In this document: positions 16,679 through 25,390 of the stretch, in pieces
How the letters are laid out: every line of letters starts with the position of its first letter
How positions within the stretch are numbered: position 1 is the first letter of the stretch
NCBI GenBank assembly: GCA_947085505.1
Contig: CAMTWI010000001.1
Coordinates: forward strand, 1 to 44,943
Direction of reading: 5' to 3'
Length of the DNA: 44,943 nucleotides
Source: an uncultured bacterium
GTDB taxonomy: Bacteria; Patescibacteriota; Minisyncoccia; Phycocordibacterales; Phycocordibacteraceae
Translations under genes and position numbers: made by a program
Notes under the pieces: generated by a model
What the model was told of the DNA's origin: nothing
The model's database searches: none
The model's input: the letters and a program-made list of their open reading frames with translations, nothing else

Positions 16679-17287
16679 ATGCCTATTCCGCACCCCAAGC
16701 TCGAGCGAACCTTCGTTATAGTGAAGCCTGACGGCGTCCAGCGATCCCTTATTGGAGAGATCATTAAGCGCTTCGAGCGCACCGGTCTTAAGCTTATTGG
16801 TCTTAAGCTTACGGTTCTCGATAGTGATCGCATCTGGAAGCACTACAACAAGGACGATGCCTGGTTCATAAAGAAAGGCACCAAGATTGCGGAGGATCGT
16901 GCTGCAGCTGGCCTCTCGGTTGAGAAGGAGCCTATTGAATACGGTAAGGATATTATCCGCGCGCTCGAGAAGTTTATGACGAGCGGCCCAGTCGTGATAA
17001 TGGCGTGGGAGGGTAATTCAGCGGTGTCGATTGTCACAAAGATTGTGGGTGGCACGGAGCCTGCAACCTCTGACGTCGGTACTATTCGCGGTGACTACAC
17101 GGTTGACTCCTACAACATTGCTGCAATTGATGATCGCGCAGTTCGCAATCTCATCCACTGCTCGGATACTCCGGAGAACGCAGAGACTGAGATTAACCTC
17201 TGGTTTACACCTGAGGAGCTTCTTACCTATCGTCTCGTTGGAGATCAGATTCTCTACGACGTGAACCTCGACGGTATCCTAGAGTAA
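16679..17287 (+). CDS. ndk: Nucleoside diphosphate kinase
   Basis: ERTFVIVKPDGVQR, GTIRGDY, NLIHCSD (catalytic His). Confidence 0.96.
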   Translation: MPIPHPKLERTFVIVKPDGVQRSLIGEIIKRFERTGLKLIGLKLTVLDSDRIWKHYNKDDAWFIKKGTKIAEDRAAAGLSVEKEPIEYGKDIIRALEKFMTSGPVVIMAWEGNSAVSIVTKIVGGTEPATSDVGTIRGDYTVDSYNIAAIDDRAVRNLIHCSDTPENAETEINLWFTPEELLTYRLVGDQILYDVNLDGILE

Positions 17288-17299
17288 GTAAACTCTCTG

Positions 17300-17337
17300 A
17301 AAACAAAGCTCGTCTCAAGGACGGGCTTTGTTTTTGT
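17300..17337 (+). terminator. Terminator after ndk
   Basis: AACAAAGCTCGTC-TCAAG-GACGGGCTTTGTT TTT. Confidence 0.75.
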
Positions 17338-17368
17338 TCCAAGAATACAAGAGCGCTATACTGTCCCC

Positions 17369-17510
17369 GGAGCCGCTCCTAAAACGCAACTTGATTCTAT
17401 CTCGGGAGCCTTATATCCCGCGTTTCCGGTACGCGTCTTCGGACGCTCGACGTCGCGCGATGCGGGCACCCACGTGGCTTCAAAAAGTTGCCACGACGGG
17501 GGCGGTTCCA
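17369..17510 (+). ncRNA. ssrS: 6S RNA (compact, ~140 nt)
   Basis: TATACT at 17357-17362; 5' GGAGCCGCTCC pairs with 3' GGGGCGGTTCC; GCAACTT/AAGTTGC stem, central bubble, GGGAGCC/GGCACCCAC...TTCAA 6S-type motifs, UUCG apical hairpin; strong hairpin follows. Confidence 0.75.
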
Positions 17511-17546
17511 TGCTAAAACCCTCACCAACGTGAGGGTTTTAGCATG
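17509..17546 (+). terminator. Hairpin terminator after 6S RNA
   Basis: CATGCTAAAACCCTCAC-CAAC-GTGAGGGTTTTAGCATG. Confidence 0.75.
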
Positions 17547-17562
17547 GTAAAGTTGAGAGACT

Positions 17563-17922
17563 ATGCGTTTCGCCTGGCTCCTTTCAGCACTCATTCTCGC
17601 GGGTATTCTTGCACTCCTCCAACACTACGCGCTTGCGAATCTTCTGTACTGGCACTATCTCTGGTTCGACACCCTGATGCACTTTGTGGGTGGTCTCACG
17701 GTTGCGACGTTTGGTATAGCACTTCTTGTAAAGCGCCGCGCCCTCGTATTCCTTATTGCTATGTTTGGTGTTGCTATTGGATGGGAACTATTCGAGTTAT
17801 TGATTAATGCAGAGCGCGAAGCGAACTTCTATTTCGATACCTCGCTTGATCTTCTTATGGATGCACTTGGTATGACGACTGCGTATTTCCTGGCGAGACT
17901 TTCTATATGGCGCTACGCATAA
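17563..17922 (+). CDS. Small multi-pass membrane protein (DUF2238/VanZ-like motifs)
   Basis: 4 hydrophobic segments; FDTLMHFVGG, GWELFE, DTSLDLLMD. Confidence 0.75.
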   Translation: MRFAWLLSALILAGILALLQHYALANLLYWHYLWFDTLMHFVGGLTVATFGIALLVKRRALVFLIAMFGVAIGWELFELLINAEREANFYFDTSLDLLMDALGMTTAYFLARLSIWRYA

Positions 17923-19298
17923 CCTTTCACGGCGGCGCAGGAGCCGTTACCGGATCTAACTTTCTTATAGAAGGAACGAAGGGAAAGATTCTTATCGATG
18001 CGGGTCTTGAGCAGGGAAGAGACTTCTGCATGAGGTGCATGTACGAGCCGTTTCCGTACGATGTACCGTCTATCGATGCGCTCGTTATTACGCACGCGCA
18101 CCTTGACCACATAGGTCGTGCTCCCAAGCTCGTTCGTGAGGGTTTCAAAGGGAAGGCCTATATGACCGAAGCAACACGCGATCTTATGGCCTTGATGCTT
18201 AAAGACAGTGTTAACTTGCTCACGCAGGAAGCCAAGCGCTACAACCAGGAGCCGTTATATACAGAAGCAGACGTGGAGCGATTGTTGTCGCTTGTTGAAA
18301 CCATCCCGTATCATGATGAGCGCGAGATAGCGCCAGGCCTCTCCATCTATCTGCGCGACACCGGACACATCCTTGGTGCTGCCTCTGTTCGAGTAAAAGA
18401 TACCGGAGACGGTACGAGTCTTGTTGTTACGGGAGACATCGGCAATTCGCCAAATCCGTATCTGAACGATGCAGAGATGGTACCGGATGCCGATGCCGTT
18501 ATCATGGAGGCCGTGTACGGAGATCGTGTGCATGAGCACCTGGAACAGAGAGTGCCGAATCTACGCGATGCGTTGAAGCGTGCCTTGGCCCGTGGCGGAA
18601 CAATCCTCATGCCTGCATTCTCTATGGAGCGTACGCAACTTATGCTCTACCAGATCTCAAACCTCATGGAGTCGGGCGAGATTCCGGAGTTTCAGGTGTT
18701 CCTTGATTCACCGCTCGCAATTGGTGTAACGGATATCTATGAGAAACATGCGGGAGAATATTTTAATACGGCCGCACAGGCAGAAACAAAGAAGGAGGGA
18801 AGCATTTTCCGGTTCCCGTTCCTGACCATGACGCCGTCTCGGGAGGACTCCGAGTCTATCGCACGGGAGCCATCTCAAAAACTCATTATCGCAGGAGCGG
18901 GCATGAGCCATGGAGGACGTATCGGGAAGTGGGAGGCGAAGTACTTGCCGGATCCCACAACCACTCTTTTCATTGTTGGATATCAGGCTCCAGGAAGCCC
19001 TGGAAGACTGCTTCAAGACGGTGCACCGAAGGTTAAGCTCGACGGACGTGAAGTGAAGGTTAAGGCGAAGGTAGAGAACCTAACCAGCTGGTCTGCACAT
19101 GCGGATCGCGAAGGACTTCTCAAGTTTGCCGAAGGGACGCTTCCGCGTGCCAAAGCAATTTTCGTCTCTATCGGAGAGCCAAGTGCCCAGCGTTTCCTCG
19201 CACAAAGAATCCATGACTTCCTCGGGGTCAAAGCGATTGTCCCAAGCCAAGGGGAGGTGTGGACAGTAACGAAGGAAGGTGTTCATAAGGAGAAATAA
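17907..19298 (+). CDS. MBL-fold beta-CASP metallo-hydrolase (YSH1/CPSF-like, probable RNase)
   Basis: GGAGAVTGS, THAHLDHIG, GHILGAA, AGAGMSHGGRI, GYQAPGSPG, SAHAD. Confidence 0.92.
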   Translation: MALRITFHGGAGAVTGSNFLIEGTKGKILIDAGLEQGRDFCMRCMYEPFPYDVPSIDALVITHAHLDHIGRAPKLVREGFKGKAYMTEATRDLMALMLKDSVNLLTQEAKRYNQEPLYTEADVERLLSLVETIPYHDEREIAPGLSIYLRDTGHILGAASVRVKDTGDGTSLVVTGDIGNSPNPYLNDAEMVPDADAVIMEAVYGDRVHEHLEQRVPNLRDALKRALARGGTILMPAFSMERTQLMLYQISNLMESGEIPEFQVFLDSPLAIGVTDIYEKHAGEYFNTAAQAETKKEGSIFRFPFLTMTPSREDSESIAREPSQKLIIAGAGMSHGGRIGKWEAKYLPDPTTTLFIVGYQAPGSPGRLLQDGAPKVKLDGREVKVKAKVENLTSWSAHADREGLLKFAEGTLPRAKAIFVSIGEPSAQRFLAQRIHDFLGVKAIVPSQGEVWTVTKEGVHKEK

Positions 19299-19331
19299 GA
19301 AAAGCCCCGCAGTAGCGCGGGGCTTTTCTTT
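19297..19331. terminator. Bidirectional terminator
   Basis: AAGAAAAGCCCCGC-AGTAGC-GCGGGGCTTTTCTT. Confidence 0.85.
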
Positions 19332-19342
19332 GTAAAACGGGC

Positions 19343-19693
19343 TTAGCCCTGAATCTTTGCGGCGACGCGTGCGAATACCTCAGGCTCTTGTGCAGCGAGG
19401 GTTGCGAGGACCTTACGATCAAGCTCGATACCTGCCTTTGCCTTAGCAGCGATGAAGGTGCTGTAGGACTTGTAGCCGAGGTCACGGATAGCGGCGTTCA
19501 AACGAACGATCCAAAGCTGGCGGAAGTCAGTCTTCTTGTCGCGGCGGTGATTGAACGCGTTCTTTCCTGCGTGTACGAGGGACTCCTTCGCGAGGCGAAC
19601 CTTTGTTGAACGGCCATGGCGATAGCCCTTGGCGCGTACCAATATATTGCGGCGGCGCTTAGCCGATGCGACTCCTCCTTTTACTCGTGCCAT
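19343..19693 (-). CDS. rplT: 50S ribosomal protein bL20
   Basis: MARVKGG...AKGY...FRQLWIVRLNAA...LDRKVLA. Confidence 0.98.
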   Translation of the reverse strand: MARVKGGVASAKRRRNILVRAKGYRHGRSTKVRLAKESLVHAGKNAFNHRRDKKTDFRQLWIVRLNAAIRDLGYKSYSTFIAAKAKAGIELDRKVLATLAAQEPEVFARVAAKIQG

Positions 19694-19712
19694 ACGTTAA
19701 TGATTACTGAAA

Positions 19713-19904
19713 TTACTTGCTCGTCTTTGAGAGGAACTGGCGCACAATGCGCTTTGGAACGGTAAGAATGTTTGCGCGCCTCTTCACGCCCTTGGTGCGT
19801 CCGCGCTCCTTCGCGTTGAAGTGGTCCTGACCCGGCTTACGCGCAACAAGCGTCCCATTCTTGGTTACGCGGATACGCTTTGTGTATGACTTGTTTGTTT
19901 TCAT
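19713..19904 (-). CDS. rpmI: 50S ribosomal protein bL35
   Basis: MKTNKSYTKRIRVTKNG; infC-rpmI-rplT synteny. Confidence 0.95.
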   Translation of the reverse strand: MKTNKSYTKRIRVTKNGTLVARKPGQDHFNAKERGRTKGVKRRANILTVPKRIVRQFLSKTSK

Positions 19905-20479
19905 GCTGGGGTTGTTTCTGTTTCAGGACTGTCTGGCTTCTTTGCGGGAGCTGCTGCTTTCGCGTCGCGCTCGATGATGGCGGCAAATCCTTTCGGAGCG
20001 CGCGTCACCGGCTCGGCAATTTTGTAGGCGTACGGAATCATGAGCATGAACTTCTCGAGGCGAGTTTTGAGGAATGCCTCGTCCATGCCCTTGTACCGTC
20101 CCTTAAGGAAGAGCTCCATGCGAACGCGGTGTCCGTCGGCGAGCCATTCGGCTGCCTTCTTCGCCTTGAGACGCATATCGTTCTCTCCTGTACCTACTTT
20201 GATTTGAACCTCCTTGGTCTCAGAGACCTTTACCTTGCTGCGCGCGGCACTTTCTTTCTTGCTTCGCTCGTACTCGAATTTACCATAATCCATGATTTTC
20301 GCAACGGGAGGCACCGCGTTTGGCGAGATCTCAATGAGGTCCAGACCGAGGTTCTGGGCCACTTTAATGGCTTCGTCCGTGTCGAGGACGCCGAGGTTCT
20401 CTCCCTCGGCGCCTATAACTCGGAGTTTCGGAGCCCTAATCTCTCGGTTTATGCGGATTCTATCGGTGTTCGTGCTCAA
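19901..20479 (-). CDS. infC: Translation initiation factor IF-3, probable TTG start
   Basis: RINREIRAPKLRVI, GLDLIEISPNAVPPVAKIMDYGKF; promoter TTGTTT(20527)-17-TAGAAT places the start downstream; no in-frame ATG before the domain. Confidence 0.93.
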   Translation of the reverse strand: MSTNTDRIRINREIRAPKLRVIGAEGENLGVLDTDEAIKVAQNLGLDLIEISPNAVPPVAKIMDYGKFEYERSKKESAARSKVKVSETKEVQIKVGTGENDMRLKAKKAAEWLADGHRVRMELFLKGRYKGMDEAFLKTRLEKFMLMIPYAYKIAEPVTRAPKGFAAIIERDAKAAAPAKKPDSPETETTPA

Positions 20480-20572
20480 GGTTTCTTGGTGTGTACGGAT
20501 TCTAGCACGTAAATAGGCCGTAAACAAGGCAAAAACCCGAGTTTAGGCTGTAGATGCTATGCTTTCGGAATC

Positions 20573-21121
20573 ATGTCGTTTGCGGAGATACTCATACTGG
20601 CCCTGAGCCTCTCCTTGGACGCGGCAATAGTGGGGGTTGGTGCTGGGGCACTCGCTCGCGTGAAGCCTCTCGTCGCTTTGAAGATTGCGCTCCTGTTCGG
20701 TGCCTTCCATGTGCTCATGCCCCTACTCGGACTCCTTCTTGGGTACGGGTTCCGAGAGTACCTGTCCGCATACGGACACATTGTCGGTGGTGGACTTCTT
20801 CTCTTGGTTGGTGTACAGATGCTGTGGGAAAGCTTTCAGAAGGAGGATACAGAACGTGAGAAGGACATACTCCGCATCCGTACGCTTCTTGTACTTGCGG
20901 TTGCAACCAGTATTGATGCGTTCGTAGTGGGCATAACCTTCAATTTCATATCCGTGAACATACCGCTCGCTATAGGCACTATTAGCGTAACGGCTCTCCT
21001 CATGTCATTTATAGGTATCTATTTAGGGAATCGAGGGAAACTCCTGGTTGGAAATCGTATCGAGCTTCTTGGAGCGTTCGTTATTTTCTTCCTCGCGCTT
21101 AAGACTCTTTTGCTTTCTTAA
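20573..21121 (+). CDS. mntP: Manganese efflux pump MntP family
   Basis: LALSLSLDAAIV, MPLLG, LAVATSIDAFVVG repeated motifs. Confidence 0.9.
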   Translation: MSFAEILILALSLSLDAAIVGVGAGALARVKPLVALKIALLFGAFHVLMPLLGLLLGYGFREYLSAYGHIVGGGLLLLVGVQMLWESFQKEDTEREKDILRIRTLLVLAVATSIDAFVVGITFNFISVNIPLAIGTISVTALLMSFIGIYLGNRGKLLVGNRIELLGAFVIFFLALKTLLLS

Positions 21122-21178
21122 TGAAGTGTTCATCTGTATAGGAGTAGGGTGCGGGAATACTTCTAATCAAATACGTAC

Positions 21179-21382
21179 ATGGCAACCATCGTAAACAACC
21201 CAAACTCAGGCAATGAAGGCGGCTCAGGTGGCTGGATCATTGCGGGCGTCCTCATTATCGCCGTCGTGCTCATCGCAATCTTTGTGTGGCCTGGATTCGG
21301 TAAGGGTGGGGGAGCAGCAACTCCTACGCAGGTAAACGTTGAGATCCCAACGCCAGATATGGGTGGCGAGGGCGCGCAGTAG
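21179..21382 (+). CDS. Small single-pass membrane protein
   Basis: One TM helix (WIIAGVLIIAVVLIAIFVW); terminator downstream. Confidence 0.75.
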   Translation: MATIVNNPNSGNEGGSGGWIIAGVLIIAVVLIAIFVWPGFGKGGGAATPTQVNVEIPTPDMGGEGAQ

Positions 21383-21402
21383 TATTCTGTATTTGCAATA
21401 AG

Positions 21403-21438
21403 TAAAAGAATGGTCCGGGTATCCGGACCATTCTTTTA
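21403..21438. terminator. Bidirectional terminator
   Basis: AAAAGAATGGTCCGG-GTAT-CCGGACCATTCTTTT. Confidence 0.85.
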
Positions 21439-21452
21439 TATTTCTCGTTGAT

Positions 21453-21884
21453 CTACTCTCCAGGGCTCTCAACCCGCACGTCCGCGGAGAAACGTGCGAT
21501 GAGACGAGCGAGGACATCAAGGAAGTTACTCGTGCCCTCACGTGCTGATGCTTCAAACTCGTCGAAGTCGCTACTAATCTCTGCCCACTCTTGAGCAGCT
21601 TCGCCTTCTACGTTCTCGTATGCGGCAGCGAGATTGGTGCGTACTTTGGCGAAGTCATCCTTCAGTGAGTCATACGTCTCTCCGGCCACAACGCGTGCCT
21701 GAAGTGCTGTGAGTTCTGCGGAGGCTTCCGTGCGTGCTGCGGCGCGGTTCATTGCCTGTGCGGTACTCGTCGCTGCCTGGTCCATAGACTCATCTACGTC
21801 AGCGGGACTCCTAAAGGCAAGAATGAGAAGGATTCCAAGGACGACAAGTCCGAGAACAATCCAAATTGAAGCTGCTCTGTTCAT
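21453..21884 (-). CDS. Hypothetical membrane-anchored acidic helical protein
   Basis: N-terminal TM helix; Ala/Glu-rich helical body. Confidence 0.75.
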   Translation of the reverse strand: MNRAASIWIVLGLVVLGILLILAFRSPADVDESMDQAATSTAQAMNRAAARTEASAELTALQARVVAGETYDSLKDDFAKVRTNLAAAYENVEGEAAQEWAEISSDFDEFEASAREGTSNFLDVLARLIARFSADVRVESPGE

Positions 21885-21945
21885 AGGTGTTGGTTATTGC
21901 TTATGTACAGGAACCATACCCTCAAGTGTCTGAGGCTTTCATGAA

Positions 21946-21968
21946 GAAAACCGCCTAGGGCGGTTTTC
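21946..21968 (-). terminator. Terminator after tmRNA
   Basis: GAAAACCGCC-CTA-GGCGGTTTTC (minus strand) followed by TTC. Confidence 0.75.
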
Positions 21969-21973
21969 AAATA

Positions 21974-22383
21974 GGTGGAGGTGCGGAGAGTTGAACTCCG
22001 GTCCGAACCCTGCTTTAAGAGCGAGTCTACGACGCGTAGCTAACGTTGAGGGTTCAGCAGAAGCATAGGAACGTTAGCCAAAACGCTTCTGCCTAGTCCC
22101 GTCTTTTAAGCCGAAGGCAGGGAGACCTTCGATACCGATCCTTCAGAAGATTCCGCCCATACATATTCCTGAAGGAACGAAGATGTATGAACGTCGCTTA
22201 GGCGAAAGCGCGAAGCTTTTACGCGTAAGCGAACGCAAAGTCCTTCTTACCGAAGTAAGGCGACTTTACGCTTGCAAGAGTGTTCTTGGCAAGTTTGATT
22301 GAATACGTTGATAAGGCAGTCAGTATCCTTCTGCCGCGTCGCACGTCTCTCAAAGTACAGGACCGTCAAAGCCGGTCACCCCC
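21974..22383 (-). ncRNA. ssrA: tmRNA; tag frame 22290-22219 encodes AKNTLASVKSPYFGKKDFAFAYA*
   Basis: 5' GGGGGTGA pairs with 3' CACCTCC-A-CC including G3:U; T-arm GGAG-TTCAACT-CTCC; adjacent to smpB. Confidence 0.95.
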
Positions 22384-22430
22384 GTTCTGGAACCAGTCAG
22401 GAGAATGGTTCCAGAACGGGACTGATCGAA

Positions 22431-22877
22431 TTATTTCTGTCGCATCGCTCGGTCCGCTTCTTTCTTTGCCTCAAGGCGTTTCAAATCTTCACGCTTATCA
22501 GCTTTTCCTTTTCCGCGAACTATGGCGATGCGCGCCTTCAGGTATCTCCCCGCATTATACATTTCTAAAGGCACCAGTGTCAAGCCCTTCTTTGCTTCTG
22601 CTTCAAGAAGTTCGACGATTTCCGCGCGCTTCAGGAGAAGCTTCCGGGGACGCTCAGGATCATAGGTTTTGGGGGCGTTCGGAGCTTGGTACGGAGGGAT
22701 GGTCATACCCACAATAAAGGCTTCGCCACCGCGGACGATAACTCGGGAACCGTCCAAAGAGCCGAGCTTTGCTCGGATAGATTTAACCTCGTAGCCATGC
22801 AGCTCAAGCCCTGCCTGATAGGTCTCGAGCACCTCGAATCGGAGGGTGGCTTTCTTGTTCTTAATGAGTGCGGTCAT
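22431..22877 (-). CDS. smpB: SsrA-binding protein
   Basis: NKKA...AGLELHGYEVKSIR...DPERPRKLLLK...GLTLVPL...DKRE. Confidence 0.97.
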   Translation of the reverse strand: MTALIKNKKATLRFEVLETYQAGLELHGYEVKSIRAKLGSLDGSRVIVRGGEAFIVGMTIPPYQAPNAPKTYDPERPRKLLLKRAEIVELLEAEAKKGLTLVPLEMYNAGRYLKARIAIVRGKGKADKREDLKRLEAKKEADRAMRQK

Positions 22878-22960
22878 GGATATATAAAAGGTAGCAGGAT
22901 TTAGAGGAAAACGCCTGTTCCTTCGCGCTTCATACGTCTCTGGCGTATACTCTCCCTATT

Positions 22961-24895
22961 ATGGCACCTACCAAGAAACCGGCCGGAAAGCCCGCGCCAG
23001 AGAAGAAGGGAGTAAAGAAATTACCAGGAAAGGGAGGCATCCAGATGCCAGGGAGCGGTGGAGGGTTTACTGCAAACCTTTTGTCTACGGTTCTTGTCCT
23101 TATTATCCTCACGAGCCTCTATAGTCTCATCGTCGGACAAGGCGAGAAGCAGGAGCCGTTGTCTCTCTCTCAGGTGGCGAGCGACGTGAAGGCCGGTACG
23201 GTCTCAGAGATTCTCATCAGCGGAAACGAGCTTGTTCTTGCGTACGCAGACGGCACTGAGAAGAAGGCTATGAAGGATCCTGAGGCTGCGCTTCCGGAGA
23301 CACTTGCCGCGTATGGTGTTACTCCCGAACAGCTTACGGCGGTGAACATTACCGTTAAGAGCGAGTCCGGATTCAAGTACTGGTTCTTTAACCTTGCACC
23401 AATCCTTCTCCCGATTCTATTCCTCGGTATCCTCTTCTGGTTCCTTACGCGCCAGGTGCGTGGAGCGGGCATGCAGGCATTCTCCTTTGGGCAATCAAAG
23501 GCGCGCATGATCGATCCGGCTGATACCAATCAGCGCGTACTCTTCTCTGACGTTGCAGGGGCCAAGGAAGCAAAAGAAGAGCTCCTTGAGATCGTGGACT
23601 TCCTGAAGAATCCGAAGAAGTTCCTCGATATCGGTGCACGTATCCCGAAGGGTATTCTGCTTATGGGTGCGCCTGGTACCGGAAAGACCCTACTCGCTCG
23701 TGCGGTTGCTGGCGAGGCTGGGGTACCATTCTTCTCAATCTCAGGCTCTGAGTTCGTTGAGATGTTCGTGGGTGTGGGAGCGTCTCGTGTGCGCGATCTT
23801 TTTCTTATGGCCAAGAAGACGTCGCCATCCATCATCTTCGTTGACGAGATCGATGCGGTTGGACGTGTGCGTGGTACGGGCGTTGGCGGCGGAAACGACG
23901 AACGCGAGCAGACCCTGAACCAGATCCTCGTTGAGATGGACGGATTCGATCCGACCGAGAAGGTTATCGTTATGGCGGCAACGAACCGCCCTGACGTGCT
24001 CGACCCAGCGTTACTGCGTCCAGGACGCTTTGATCGTCGCGTTACCATCGACCTTCCAGATCGCAAAGACCGTCTCGAGATTCTCACGGTGCATGCACGC
24101 AAGAAACCATTTGGCCCTGACGTCGCGCTCGATGTTATTGCGGAGCGTACCCCAGGTTTCTCGGGTGCCGAGCTCTACTCACTTATGAACGAGGGAGCCA
24201 TTCTCGCTGCGCGGGAGAACCGCAAGGAGATTACGCAGTACGACCTCATCCGTTCTATTGAGAAGGTTATGCTCGGTCCTGAACGAAAGAGTCATCTCCT
24301 TGGAAAGAAAGAAAAACGTCTCACCGCGTATCACGAAGCGGGGCACGCACTCGTTGGTTCCGTGCTTGAACACTCAGATCCAATTCATAAGATCTCGATT
24401 ATCAGCCGTGGACGCGCTGCAGGGTACACGCTCAAACTTCCGTTTGACGATAGGCGTATGCACTCTCGAAAGACCTTCCTCGACGATATTGCGACCACGC
24501 TTGGCGGGTACGTCGCAGAAGAGATGATCTATGGAGACCTCACAACCGGTCCGTCGAACGACCTTGCGGTTATCGCAGCTCTCGCACGCGATATGGTGTC
24601 TCGGTACGGCATGAGCGACACACTCGGGCCTGTTGCGTACGCGGGAGACCGTGCCTATGGAGACGCCATGTACTCTCAGGAAATCGCGTCAAAGATTGAT
24701 GCGGAAGTTGCACGCATTATTGCTGAGGCAAAGGGACGTGCTCGACAGGTGCTCGAAGAACACCGCAAGGCACTTGATGCAATTGCAGAGCGTCTGGTTG
24801 AGGTTGAGACGCTTGAGCGCGAAGAATTCGAGACCATTCTTATTGCGAACGGCATAACGCCGAAGAAGAAAGAGGAGGAAGACGTATCTATCTAG
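22961..24895 (+). CDS. ftsH: ATP-dependent zinc metalloprotease FtsH
   Basis: 2 [32 protein letters not shown]. Confidence 0.98.
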   Translation: MAPTKKPAGKPAPEKKGVKKLPGKGGIQMPGSGGGFTANLLSTVLVLIILTSLYSLIVGQGEKQEPLSLSQVASDVKAGTVSEILISGNELVLAYADGTEKKAMKDPEAALPETLAAYGVTPEQLTAVNITVKSESGFKYWFFNLAPILLPILFLGILFWFLTRQVRGAGMQAFSFGQSKARMIDPADTNQRVLFSDVAGAKEAKEELLEIVDFLKNPKKFLDIGARIPKGILLMGAPGTGKTLLARAVAGEAGVPFFSISGSEFVEMFVGVGASRVRDLFLMAKKTSPSIIFVDEIDAVGRVRGTGVGGGNDEREQTLNQILVEMDGFDPTEKVIVMAATNRPDVLDPALLRPGRFDRRVTIDLPDRKDRLEILTVHARKKPFGPDVALDVIAERTPGFSGAELYSLMNEGAILAARENRKEITQYDLIRSIEKVMLGPERKSHLLGKKEKRLTAYHEAGHALVGSVLEHSDPIHKISIISRGRAAGYTLKLPFDDRRMHSRKTFLDDIATTLGGYVAEEMIYGDLTTGPSNDLAVIAALARDMVSRYGMSDTLGPVAYAGDRAYGDAMYSQEIASKIDAEVARIIAEAKGRARQVLEEHRKALDAIAERLVEVETLEREEFETILIANGITPKKKEEEDVSI

Positions 24896-24911
24896 TTAGG
24901 GTTACGTAAAG

Positions 24912-24946
24912 GAAAACGGCGGCATCGGATGATGCCGCCGTTCTTC
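24912..24946. terminator. Hairpin terminator between ftsH and the convergent ORF
   Basis: AACGGCGGCATC-GGAT-GATGCCGCCGTT. Confidence 0.8.
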
Positions 24947-24948
24947 GT

Positions 24949-25230
24949 TCAGTGGGATTTCAGGATGTCTTTCCAGTCGAAGTGCGTTACTTCCGGGTCG
25001 CCCTGCAGGGTAAACCAGAAGAAGCCGCCCATGACCACATAGAGCCCGTAAGAACCAGCCATGAGTGCCAGGCCGAAGGCTGTGGCGTCGTTCTCAGCCA
25101 CCGACCAGATTCCATAGCCCATACCCACAGCAAGACCAACGGCGAGATAGGGGAAGACGCCGGTGTCGAGCCAGTTCCTGATAGCGTGTGGCCCCCATAG
25201 GAAGAAAATGAGCAACGTGTTCATCAGCAT
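24949..25230 (-). CDS. Hypothetical small membrane protein (93 aa)
   Basis: SD GAAAGGAGGT before ATG 25230; hydrophobic segments. Confidence 0.7.
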   Translation of the reverse strand: MLMNTLLIFFLWGPHAIRNWLDTGVFPYLAVGLAVGMGYGIWSVAENDATAFGLALMAGSYGLYVVMGGFFWFTLQGDPEVTHFDWKDILKSH

Positions 25231-25293
25231 AGCTGACCTCCTTTCATATGCTCTGAAATGCACCATATCAAAATCTCACTTTCTCTGCACGTT

Positions 25294-25370
25294 TGGTGCA
25301 CCCTCTTGGATTCGAACCAAGGACCGCGGAGGTATAAGCTCCGTGCTCTAACCAACTGAGCTAAGGGTGC
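25294..25370 (-). tRNA. tRNA-Ile, anticodon UAU, CCA encoded
   Basis: GCACCCT/AGGGTGC acceptor, D-arm GCTC/GAGC, anticodon arm CGGAG-CTTATAC-CTCCG, T-arm CTTGG-TTCGAAT-CCAAG, ACCA. Confidence 0.92.
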
Positions 25371-25390
25371 CTAAGTACTGTAGCGCACAC

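Noticed and set aside
24949-25370. Integrated element at the tRNA-Ile 3' end
   Set aside because: Only one small orphan ORF; no integrase or duplicated tRNA 3' end seen.
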